This document shows, in pieces, positions 1-10,838 of a stretch of 64,000 nt of DNA. The translations under genes and the position numbers were made by a program. This DNA is from Eledone cirrhosa (Eukaryota), in assembly GCA_964016885.1 (NCBI GenBank), contig OZ024766.1, positions 2,418,001 to 2,482,000 on the forward strand. Direction: 5' to 3'. Each line of letters opens with the position of its first letter. The stretch's first letter is position 1. Below the pieces are notes generated by a model, which worked only from the letters and a program-made list of their open reading frames with translations, ran no database searches and was not told the DNA's origin.

Positions 1-2
1 AT

Positions 3-81
3 AGAATCGTTGCTTTCACCCTTAACGGGATCTTCTGAAAGAGTTTCAGAAGATCCCGTTAAGGGTGAAAGCAGCGATTCT
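3..81. repeat. Near-perfect palindrome (38-bp arms, 3-nt loop)
   Basis: 3-40 pairs with 44-81, one G-T mismatch. Confidence 0.95.
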
Positions 82-183
82 TTGTTTTAATCTGTTATTC
101 TAATAAATATTTGCTCTACGGTTTTCTATCTATTATCCTTCGGATTTTGGTCTTCACATTTATTATTATTACCATATATATAC

Positions 184-1051
184 CATCATCATCAACATCA
201 CCGTTTTACGTCCGTTCTTCCAGGCTAGCATGGGTTAGACGGGTTGTCCTGTTGTGGGCAATACCAGGTCGGGTGACCTGCTCTTGGTCATACGGGAACT
301 GATTCTGGCTTGGTTTCTACAGCTGGATGCCCTTCCTAACACCAACCTCATTTACAGTGAGTGCTGGGTGCTTTTTTTTCGTGGCACCTACACGTCCACT
401 TTACAGAGTGGACTGGGTGCTTTTTGTTGTGACACCTACATCACCACTTTACAGTGTGGACTGGGTACTTGTTGTTGTGACACCTACATCACCACTTTAC
501 AGTGTGGACTGGGTGATATTTGTCATGAGACCTCCACGACCACTTTGGAGGGGTGGGGCACATTGTCTATATGCTTTGGCTTGTTCCCGTGGGAAATCGG
601 GTCTTCTGTATTACTGCGTGACGCCAGAGGTCACGGTCATGTGTCATCGCCTTTGAGAGGTGCAATTGGGCAAGGTCAGCTTTTATCACCTCATCCCAGG
701 TCTTCTTGGGTCTCCCCACTCCGCTGTTTCCATTGACTTCTAGTGCTCTGCACCTTTTTATGCAGCTGTCCTCCTTCATACGCATCACATGTCCATACCA
801 ATGCAACCTCCTCTCCAGCACACATCATTTGATTCCTCTTATGCTCAGTCTCTCTCTCAATTTGTTTATACTTTGCTGTTCGCGTATATTACTATTACAC
901 ATCCATCGGAGCATGCAGGCTTCATTTCTTTCTAATCAACGCAAGTCTTCTACACACAGCACCCAGGTCTCACTACCATGTATTCACCATACAGTCTGCC
1001 TTTTATTTTGAGGGAAAAGCCTTTTGCAGCCAGCAGTGGCAGTAGCTCCCT
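184..1051 (-). mobile_element. RTE-clade LINE 3' remnant with 48-bp repeats in its 3'UTR and (GAT)n tail; copies at 5503-6322, 10923-11790, 19178-19798
   Basis: ERRLHWYGHVMRM...GRPKKTWDEVIKADL...DRDLWR C-terminal motifs; tail reads CATCAT on +. Confidence 0.85.
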
Positions 1052-1143
1052 AAATATATATATATATACTTGGGAACTTGTGTGGGTATGTAGATATTTG
1101 TATTATATATATATATATAAACATATAAAATTATATACATAAA

Positions 1144-1680
1144 ATGTTGACAAAGAAGGGTTTCTCTCTACATATGAAAGGTCGGTTATATGATGCCTGT
1201 GTGAGATGCGCGATGCTGCATGGGAGTGAGACATGGGCAGCAACTGCAGAGGATATGCGACGGCTGGAGAGAAATGAAGCAAGCATGCTCCGTTGGATGT
1301 GTAATGTCAATGTGCGTGAACGACCAAGCATAGACAAGTTGAAAGAGAAACTGTGTTTAAGAGGGATAAGTTGTAGTGTGCGGGAGAGAAGACTGAGATG
1401 GTATGGACATGTGATGTGTTGAGAGAGAAACTGGGTATAAGAGGGATAAGTTTTAGTGTGTGGGAGAGAAGACTGAGATGGTATGGACATGTGATGTGTT
1501 GAGAGAGAAACTGGGTATAAGAGGGATAAGTTTTAGTGTGTGGGAGAGAAGACTGAGATGGTATGGGCATGTGATGTGTTGAGAGAGAAACTGGGTATAA
1601 GAGGGATAAGTTTTAGTGTGTGGGAGAGAAGACTGAGATGGTATGGACATGTGATGTGCATCGAGGATGACTGCTGGGTA
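1144..1680 (+). mobile_element. RTE-clade LINE remnant; copies at 6415-6951 and 11881-13937
   Basis: KGRLYDACVRCAMLHGSETW...MLRWMC...RRLRWYGHV. Confidence 0.85.
1338..1658 (+). repeat. 80-bp minisatellite, 4 units (also 6609-6929, 4 units)
   Basis: gggagagaagactgagatggtatg recurs at 80-bp spacing. Confidence 0.95.
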
Positions 1681-2489
1681 TTAAGTCATTGCATGGTTGT
1701 CTCTCCTGGAAGTTTAAGTCCGTTACATTTGTTTGTGACACCCTTACAACATCGAATGTTGGTGTCACATATGTTGCCCCAAGCAGCGGGAGAAGAGAAT
1801 TAGGGCATACTAGACAGACATAACAGGAAATACAAGCAGTGAGATGCTACACAAGATCTCAATAAACAAGTTAACCAGTGTTGGACCAGACAATGTCATG
1901 TCATTATCTGCCACTAGGTGGCAGGGGAGTTGTTTTCTCGTATGAGAACCATATAGTCAACTAGAAATCTTCTGTTACAGGTCCAGTCAAGTCAATTAAC
2001 AATGGGTAGGCAAGGCTTGCTAAGGCATGGGACTTACCTGGTGGGCACACCTTGAGGTAACAGCTTGTCCCCACTTCATGCTATGAAAAGCCAGATTAAC
2101 TGGCTAAGGGACCTTACCCCAGTACCACTGACCACAGGATTAATGGGCTCCTGTGCCCAGCTAATTTGAGATATAATGATTCCTAAGGATATTTGGCCTT
2201 TCTTAGTCACCTGAGTAGGTGTCAGCTCTCTTGCAACAGCATGGCCATTGTCTACAGAAATATCTTTGCTGTTTTGTCCATGGGGTGCAGCAGAAACATT
2301 TCCCTGACTTCCCTGTTGAGTCTGTCACCCTCGCCTAATAGTCCTTACTCTTTTCTTCACTAAGTTCTTCCTCTACTTTCCTTTACAGTCAGATTTGCCC
2401 TTCTTCACCCTTTCTCCCTTGGCTTTTCATATACTTAATTTTCTTGATATCTTTTTTTTAAATATTTCCATTGTATAACTTCTGTTTGT

Positions 2490-3001
2490 AAAATATAGTT
2501 GACATGTGTATGACAGGTATCAAAATATAGTTGACATATGTATGACAGTTATCAAAATACAGTTGACATATGTATGACAGCTATCAAAATACAGTTGACA
2601 TATGTATGACAGGTATCAAAATATAGTTGACATGTGTATGACAGGTACCAAAATATAGTTGACATATGTATGACAGGTATCAAAATATAGTTGACATATG
2701 TATGACAGCTATCAAAATACAGTTGACATATGTATGACAGCTATCAAAATACAGTTGACATATGTATGACAGGTATCAAAATATAGTTGACATGTGTATG
2801 ACAGCTATCAAAATATAGTTGACATATCTGTGACAGGTATCAAAATATAGTTGACATATGTATGACAGGTATCAAAATACAGTTGACATATGTATGACAG
2901 GTATCAAAATATAGTTGACATGTGTATGACAGGTATCAAAATATAGTTGACATATATATGACAGCTATCAAAATACAGTTGACATATGTATGACAGCTAT
3001 C
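2490..3001. repeat. 32-bp minisatellite, 16 units
   Basis: aaaatatagttgacatatgtatgacaggtatc. Confidence 0.97.
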
Positions 3002-3501
3002 AAAATAAAAGCCTAATTTATAGAATTGATTAGGTAAAAATGAATCAATAATAAAAAAGGAAAAGACACACATACTTCCTTAATTACACACCACAACAGG
3101 GAATGTTGGTGTTGCCCCCAAGATTTAATATAGCAGACAAGACATTACCTCAGATGATAGAGGGACCCTTAATTACACACACTATAGCAAGCAATGTTAG
3201 TGTTGACAAACCAATGATGAAATTTCTGGCATAGACTTAAAATTAATTCAAAAAGTCAAGAATAGATCAAAGAAAGATTTTAATTTTAAATGAAAATATA
3301 TTTGTAAAAATGGCCAGCAATGTTTGGAGTCTATCAAACTGCCAAGTATTCACATTTGATATTGGTGGAAAATAAGTTTAGATTTGTAAGAGGAAGGATG
3401 TCTCCTGTTTATAAGTTAAAAACTTTCCTTCCTCTGTATGTGTGTCTAAGTAACTGTTAGAGAAAAAATATTTCCCACATATTTCAGAGTGTAAAAAGTT
3501 T

Positions 3502-4395
3502 CTAACCAGTGTGTGTTATTTTGTGTTTATTATATTCACTGTTACTAATAAAAGATTCCCCACATATTTCACAGGGATAAGGTTTCTCTCCAGTGTGTGT
3601 TCGTTTGTGACTAGTTAAAAAACTGTTTGTTACAAAAGATTTCCCACATATTTCACAATGATAGGGTTTCTCTCCAGTATGTATTCTTTTATGTATAGTT
3701 AAATAACTGCTCTGTACAAACGCTTTCCCACATATATCACATGGATAGGGTTTCTCTCCAGTGTGTGCCCTTCTGTGAACTATAAGAACAGCACTATCAG
3801 CAAAAGATTTCCCACATATTTCACATTTAAAAGGTTTCTCTCCCGTGTGAAGACGTATATGTCTAACAAGATTAGATTTCTCTCGAAAAGATTCTCCACA
3901 TACTTCACAGGGAAATAGTTTTTCTCCACTGTGTGTACGTAAATGCCTAAGAAAATTGTGATTCTGGCTGAAAGATTTCCCACATGTTTCACATTTGAAG
4001 GGTTTCTCTCCAGTATGTGTTCTTTTGTGAACTGCAAGACCACCGAACTCAGTGAAAGATTTCCCACATATTTCACAATGAAAAGGTTTCTCTCCAGTGT
4101 GTCTTCTATAGTGTCGAGTCAATTGAGTATTCCTACCAAAAGATTTCCCACATATGTCACAATGATAGCGTTTGTCTTTAATATGTATGAGGTTGTGTGT
4201 AGATAATTCATCTTCTGATGAAAAAGTTTTCATACAAATCTCACAGCTATATTCAGGAATATTTCCGTGTAATGATCCTTGTTCAGTACATGTTTCACTA
4301 GGTAAAGGTTTCTCACCACTGTATGTCTGTGTAACTGTATCTATATCGGTAGAAACAGGTGTGGTATACATGTCCAAGTACTTAACGCCCTGCAT
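3502..4395 (-). CDS. C2H2 zinc-finger protein, family A copy 1 (9 fingers)
   Basis: 297-aa ATG ORF; 9 CX2CX12HX3H repeats with TGEKP linkers after a 50-aa leader. Confidence 0.93.
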   Translation of the reverse strand: MQGVKYLDMYTTPVSTDIDTVTQTYSGEKPLPSETCTEQGSLHGNIPEYSCEICMKTFSSEDELSTHNLIHIKDKRYHCDICGKSFGRNTQLTRHYRRHTGEKPFHCEICGKSFTEFGGLAVHKRTHTGEKPFKCETCGKSFSQNHNFLRHLRTHSGEKLFPCEVCGESFREKSNLVRHIRLHTGEKPFKCEICGKSFADSAVLIVHRRAHTGEKPYPCDICGKAFVQSSYLTIHKRIHTGEKPYHCEICGKSFVTNSFLTSHKRTHTGEKPYPCEICGESFISNSEYNKHKITHTG

Positions 4396-4571
4396 AGTAA
4401 TTCTTGAAGAATTCTTCGAAGTTCTGAAGATATATAACTGTGTAAGACTGATGTAGGTATAAGAAAGAGGGAGTCTGTGTTTGTTTGTGTCTTAATAAAT
4501 CAGGATTGTTCACCACGGAGTGTAGAAAAGTACACAATATCTGCTGTGTTAGCAATACAAATAATACGTAC

Positions 4572-4650
4572 TTTATATTTCAAGTCCAAATGTAAAGTCA
4601 AGAAAGCTAATTGTTCAGATGTTGGTGATTTAAACCTATTTCTCACTGTC
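4572..4650 (-). other. Putative non-coding leader exon of family A genes (copies near 9999-10085, 17033-17121, 22663-22741, 38889-38977, 58648-58736 on -, 26990-27078 on +)
   Basis: Conserved ttccacattttacag|G acceptor and AAA|gtacgt donor in all 7 visible copies; a 10-bp indel argues against coding. Confidence 0.55.
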
Positions 4651-5128
4651 CTGTAAAATGTGGAACAACCAATTCACGATGTAGCGTAGTTTCTCATGAA
4701 ATGAAATATTTAATCATGTAGGAGATGGAACACCTACCCTGGAACATGTAGCTCACTCTATGTTATCTACAGAATATTATCTTTCACTTTAACATGAGAT
4801 AATTGCTACACAAGATATAATTAGATTAATTAAAGTTATAATTAAGATAGCTGGTACGTGGTGTTGTTGGTAGTGCTTCACTCTCCTGAATAACACCGGT
4901 GTCATTACGTTAAAGGTCCCTGACATAAATTAAAACCTTCAGAAAGACCTTCAGTTATATCAATTAACTCTATCAATTGTATCCAACCCCTGGTAAAACA
5001 AGCAGCATCACTCAGTGAAATATTTATGACGCATCAAGGAGGGAGTCTCTTACCTGGTTATTGTCCTGGTAGAAATAGCAGCCAAATCACACTCTACTGT
5101 CATAAAACAGAGGAAGAACACATTCAGT

Positions 5129-5170
<42 letters not shown>

Positions 5171-5172
<2 letters not shown>

Positions 5173-5270
5173 GTTGACCCCCGGTATTTGCGGGGACTAC
5201 GTTCCGAGAGCACCAGTGAAGAGTGAAAAACCGCGAATATTGGGCGTGGTTCATAAAAATGCAATAAAGA
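5171..5270 (+). mobile_element. Tigger/pogo-like DNA transposon end (copy at 10591)
   Basis: CAGTTGACCCCCGGTATTTGCGG resembles Tigger-type TIRs; second TIR not found. Confidence 0.4.
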
Positions 5271-5303
5271 TCAATATATATATATTTATATTTATTTTTA
5301 AAA

Positions 5304-5418
5304 AATAACAGATTAAAGCATAGAATCGTTGCTTTCACCCTTAACGGGATCTTCTGAAAGAGTTTCAGAAGATCCCGTTAAGGGTGAAAGCAGCGATTCT
5401 TTGTTTTAATCTGTTATT
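5304..5418. repeat. Palindrome copy 2 (56-bp arms)
   Basis: 5304-5359 pairs with 5363-5418 with few mismatches. Confidence 0.93.
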
Positions 5419-7761
5419 CTAATAAATATTTGCTCTACGGTTTTCTATCTATTATCCTTCGGATTTTGGTCTTCACATTTATTATTATTACCATATATAT
5501 ACCATCATCATCAACATCAACGTTTTACGTCCGTTCTTCCAGGCTAGCATGGGTTAGACGGGTTGTCCTGTTGTGGGCAATACCAGGTCGGGTGACCTTC
5601 TCTTGCTCATACGGGAACTGATTCTGGCTTGGTTTCTACAGCTGGATGCCCTTCCTAACACCAACCTCATTTACAGTGAGTGCTGGGTGCTTTTTTTTCG
5701 TGGCACCTACACGTCCACTTTACAGAGTGGACTGGGTGCTTTTTGTTGTGACACCTACATCACCACTTTACAGTGTGGACTGGGTGATATTTGTCATGAG
5801 ACCTCCACGACCACTTTGGAGGGGTGGGGCACATTGTCTATATGCTTTGGCTTGTTCCCGTGGGAAATCGGGTCTTCTGTATTACTGCGTGACGCCAGAG
5901 GTCACGGTCATGTGTCATCGCCTTTGAGAGGTGCAATTGGGCAAGGTCAGCTTTTATCACCTCATCCCAGGTCTTCTTGGGTCTCCCCACTCCGCGGTTT
6001 CCATTGACTTCTAGTGCTCTGCACCTTTTTATGCAGCTGTCCTCCTACATACGCATTTCATGTCCATACCAATGCAACCTCCTCTCCTGCACACAGCATT
6101 TGATTCCTCTTATGCTCCACCTCTCTCTCAATTTGTTTATACTTTGCTGTTCGCGTATATTACTATTACACATCCATCGGAGCATGCAGGCTTCATTTCT
6201 TTCTAATCAACGCAAGTCTTCTACACACAGCACCCAGGTCTCACTACCATGTATTCACCATACAGTCTGCCTTTTATTTTGAGGGAAAAGCCTTTTGCAG
6301 CAAGCAGTGGCAGTAGCTCCCTAAATATATATATATATACTTGGGAACTTGTGTGGGTATGTAGATATTTGTATTATATATATATATATAAACATATAAA
6401 AATATATACATAAAATGTTGACAAAGAAGGGTTTCTCTCTACATATGAAAGGTCGGTTATATGATGCCTGTGTGAGATGCGCTATGCTGCATGGTAGTGA
6501 GACATGGGCAGCAACTGCAGAGGATATGCGATGGCTGGAGAGAAATGAAGCAAGCATGCTCCGTTGGATGTGTAATGTCAATGTGTGTGAACGACCAAGC
6601 ATAGACAAGTTGAAAGAGAAACTGTGTTTAAGAGGGATAAGTTGCAGTGTGCGGGAGAGAAGACTGAGATGGTATGGACATGTGATGTGTTGAGAAAGAA
6701 ACTGGGTATAAGAGGGATAAGTTTTAGTGTGTGGGAGAGAAGACTGAGATGGTATGGACATGTGATGTGTTGAGAGAGAAACTGGGTATTAGAGGCATAA
6801 GTTGTGGTGTGTGGGAGAGAAGACTGAGATGGTATGGACATGTGATGTGTTGAGAGAGAAACTGGGTATAAGAGGGATAAGTTTTAGTGTGTGGGAGAGA
6901 AGACTGAGATGGTATGGACATGTGATGTGCATCGAGGATGACTGCTGGGTATTAAGTCATTGCATGGTTGTCTCTCCTGGAAGTTTAAGTCCGTTACATT
7001 TGTTCGTGAAACCCTTACAACATCAAATGTTGGTGTCACATATGTTGCCCCAAGCAGCGGGAGAAGAGAATTAGGGCATACTAGACAGACATAACAGGAA
7101 ATACAAGCAGTGAGATGCTACACAAGATCTCAATAAACAAGTTAACCAGTGTTGGACCAGACAATGTCATGTCATTATCTGCCACTAGGTGGCAGGGGAG
7201 TTGTTTTTCTCGTATGAGAACCATATAGTCAAACAGAAATCTTCTGTTACAGGTCCAGTCAAATCAATTAACAATGGGTAGGCAACGCTTACTAAGTTAC
7301 GGGACTGACCTGGTGGGCACACCTTGAGGTAACAGCTTGTCCCCACTTCATGCCATGGAAAGCCAGATTAACTGGCTAAGGGACCTTACCCCAGTACCAC
7401 TGACCACAGGATTAATGGGCTCCTGTGCCCAGCTAATTTGAGATATAATGATTCCTAAGGATATTTGGCCTTTCTTAGTCACCTGAGTAGGTGTCAGCTC
7501 TCTTGCAACAGCATGGCCATTGTCTACAGAAATATCTTTGCTGTTTTGTCCATGGGGTGCAGCAGAAACATTTCCCTGACTTCCCTGTTGAGTCTGTCAC
7601 CCTCGCCTAATAGTCCTTACTCTTTTCTTCACTAAGTTCTTCCTCTACTTTCCTTTACAGTCAGATTTGCCCTTCTTCACCCTTTCTCCCTTGGCTTTTC
7701 ATATACTTAATTTTCTTGATATCTTTTTTTTAAATATTTCCATTGTATAACTTCTGTTTGT

Positions 7762-8427
7762 AAAATATAGTTGACATGTGTATGACAGGTATCAAAATAT
7801 AGTTGACATATGTATGACAGGTATCAAAATATAGTTGACATATGTATGACTGCTATCAAAATACAGTTGACATATGTATGACAGGTATCAAAATATAGTT
7901 GACATATGTATGACAGTTATCAAAATACAGTTGACATATGTATGACTGCTATCAAAATACAGTTGACATATGTATGACAGGTATCAAAATATAGTTGACA
8001 TATGTATGACAGTTATCAAAATACAGTTGACATATGTATGACTGCTATCAAAATACAGTTGACATATGTATGACAGGTATCAAAATATAGTTGACATATG
8101 TATGACAGTTATCAAAATACAGTTGACATATGTATGACTGCTATCAAAATACAGTTGACATATGTATGACAGGTATCAAAATATAGTTGACATGTGTATG
8201 ACAGGTATCAAAATATAGTTGACATATGTATGACTGCTATCAAAATACAGTTGACATATGTATGACAGCTATCAAAATACAGTTGACATATGTATGACAG
8301 GTATCAAAATATAGTTGACATGTGTATGACAGCTATATAGTTGACATATCTGTGACAGGTATCAAAATACAGTTGACATATGTATGACAGGTATCAAAAT
8401 ACAGTTGACATATGTATGACAGCTATC
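7762..8427. repeat. 32-bp minisatellite, 21 units
   Basis: Same unit; one unit 6 bp short. Confidence 0.95.
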
Positions 8428-8930
8428 AAAATAAAAGCCTAATTTATAGAATTGATTAGGTAAAAATGAATCAATAAAAAAAAAAAGGAAAAGACACACA
8501 TACTTCCTTAATTACACACTACAACAGGGAAAGTTGGTGTTGCTCCCAAGATTTAATATAGCAGACAAGACATTACCTCAGATGATAGAGGGACCCTTAA
8601 TTACACACACTATAGCAAGCAATGTTAGTGTTGACAAACCAATGATGAAATTTCGGCATAGATTTAAAATTAATTCCAAAAGTCAAGAATAGATCAAAGA
8701 AAGATTTTAATTTTAAATGAAAATATATTTGTAAAAATGGCCAGCAATGTTTGGAGTCTATCAAACTGCCAAGTATTCACATTTGATATTGGTTGAAAAT
8801 AAGTTTAGATTTGTAAGAGGAAGGATGTCTCATGTTTCACAGTTAAAAACTTTCCTTCCTCTGTATGTTTGTGTGTAAGTAACTGTTAGAGAAAAAATAT
8901 TTCCCACATATTTCACTGTGTAAAAAGTTT

Positions 8931-9824
8931 CTAACCAGTGTGTGTTATTTTGTGTTTATTATATTCCCTGTTGCTAATGAAAGATTCCCCACATATTTCA
9001 CAGGGATAAGGTTTCTCTCCAGTGTGTGTTCGTTTGTGACTAGTTAAAAAACTGTTTGTTACAAAAGATTTCCCACATATTTCACAATTATAGGGTTTCT
9101 CTCCAGTATGTATTCTTCTATGTACAGTTAAATAACTGCTCTGTACAAACGCTCTCCCACATATATCACATGGATAGGGTTTCTCTCCAGTGTGTGCCCT
9201 TCTGTGAATTATAAGAACAGCACTATCAGCAAAAGATTTCCCACATATTTCACATTTAAAAGGTTTCTCTCCGGTGTGAATACGTACATGTCTAACAAGA
9301 TTAGATTTCTCTCGAAAAGATTCTCCACATACTTCACAGGGAAATAGTTTTTCTCCACTGTGTGTACGTAAATGCCTAAGAAAATTGTGATTCTGGCTGA
9401 AAGATTTCCCACATGTTTCACATTTGAAGGGTTTCTCTCCAGTATGTGTTCTTTTGTGAATTGCAAGACCACCGAACTCAATGAAAGATTTCCCACATAT
9501 TTCACAATGATAGGGTCTCTCTCCAGTGTGTCTTCTTTTGTGGTTAGTCAATTGACTACTCGTGCCAAAAGATCTCCCACATATGTCACAATCATAGCGT
9601 TTGTCTTTAATATGTATGCGTTTGTGTGTAGATAATTCATCTTCTGATGAAAAAGTTTTCATACAAATCTCACAGCTATATTCAGGAATATTTCCGTGTA
9701 ATGATCCTTGTTCAGTACATGTTTCACTAGGTAAAGGTTTCTCACCACTGTATGTCTGGGTAACTGTATCTATATCGGTAGAAACAGGTGTGGTATACAT
9801 GTCCAAGTATTTAACGCCCTCCAT
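8931..9824 (-). CDS. C2H2 zinc-finger protein, family A copy 2 (9 fingers)
   Basis: 297-aa ORF colinear with 3502..4395; 22 aa differences by manual count. Confidence 0.93.
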   Translation of the reverse strand: MEGVKYLDMYTTPVSTDIDTVTQTYSGEKPLPSETCTEQGSLHGNIPEYSCEICMKTFSSEDELSTHKRIHIKDKRYDCDICGRSFGTSSQLTNHKRRHTGERPYHCEICGKSFIEFGGLAIHKRTHTGEKPFKCETCGKSFSQNHNFLRHLRTHSGEKLFPCEVCGESFREKSNLVRHVRIHTGEKPFKCEICGKSFADSAVLIIHRRAHTGEKPYPCDICGRAFVQSSYLTVHRRIHTGEKPYNCEICGKSFVTNSFLTSHKRTHTGEKPYPCEICGESFISNREYNKHKITHTG

Positions 9825-10561
9825 AGTAATTCTTGAAGAATTCTTCGAAGTTCTGAAGATATATGACTGTGTAAGACTGATGTAGGTATAAGAAAGAGGG
9901 AGTCTGTGTGTGTGTGTCTTAATAAATCAGGATTGTTCACCACGGAGTGTAGAAAAGTACACAATATCTGCTGTGTTAACAATACAAATAATACGTACTT
10001 TATATTTCAAGTCCAAATGTAAAGTCAAGAAAGACCAGGAAAGCTAATTGTTCAGATGTTGGTGATTTAAACCTATTTCTCAGTCCTGTAAAATGTGGAA
10101 CAACCAATTCACGATGTAGCGTAGTTTCTCATGAAATGAAATATTTAATCATGTAGGAGATGGAACACCTACCCTGGAACATGTAGCTCACTCTATGTTA
10201 TCTTTAGAATATTAACTTTCACTTTAACATGAGATAATTGCTACACAAGATATAATTAGATTAATTAATGTTATAATTAAGAGAGCAGGTACGTGGTGTC
10301 GTTGGTAGTGCTTCACTCTCCTGAATAACACCGGTGTAATACGTTAAAGGTCCCTGACATAAATTAAAACCTTCAGAAAGACCTTCAGTTATATCAATTC
10401 ACTCTATCAATTGTATCCAACCCATGGTAAAACAAGCAGCATCACTCAGTGAAATATTTATTACGCATCAAGGAGGGAGTCTCTTACCTGGTTATTGTCC
10501 TGGTAGAAATAGCAGCCAAATCACACTCTGCTGTCATAAAACAGGAAGAACACATTCAGTC

Positions 10562-10592
<31 letters not shown>

Positions 10593-10723
10593 GTTGACCC
10601 CCGGTATTTGCGGGAGCTACGTTCCGAGAGCACCAGTGAAGAGTGAAAAACCGCGAATATTGGGCGTGGTTCATAAAAATGCAATAAAGATCAATATATA
10701 TATATTTATATTTATTTTAAAAA

Positions 10724-10838
10724 AATAACAGATTAAATCATAGAATCGTTGCTTTCACCCTTATCGGGATCTTCTGAAAGAGTTTCAGAAGATCCCGTTA
10801 AGGGTGAAAGCAGCGATTCTTTGTTTTAATCTGTTATT
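10724..10838. repeat. Palindrome copy 3
   Basis: Same as 5304-5418. Confidence 0.9.

Larger units (their letters stand above)
1..5319. repeat. Tandem segmental duplicate, unit 1
   Basis: Same order of hairpin, two RTE remnants, 80-bp and 32-bp arrays and ZNF recurs at offsets 5319 and 10739. Confidence 0.95.
5320..10739. repeat. Tandem segmental duplicate, unit 2
   Basis: Near-identical to unit 1. Confidence 0.95.

Noticed and set aside
4400-4428. TTC/GAA palindromic cluster before family A ATGs (HSE/STAT-like)
   Set aside because: Spacing does not fit nGAAnnTTCn arrays and it lies in a probable 5'UTR
3780-4456. Recurrent overlapping and antisense ORFs (MKYVGNL...) in ZNF genes
   Set aside because: Shadow frames of the 84-bp finger periodicity
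8931-9824. Many K/R and I/V paralog differences mimicking A-to-I recoding
   Set aside because: They run in both directions and are common conservative transitions; no RNA data to separate from background
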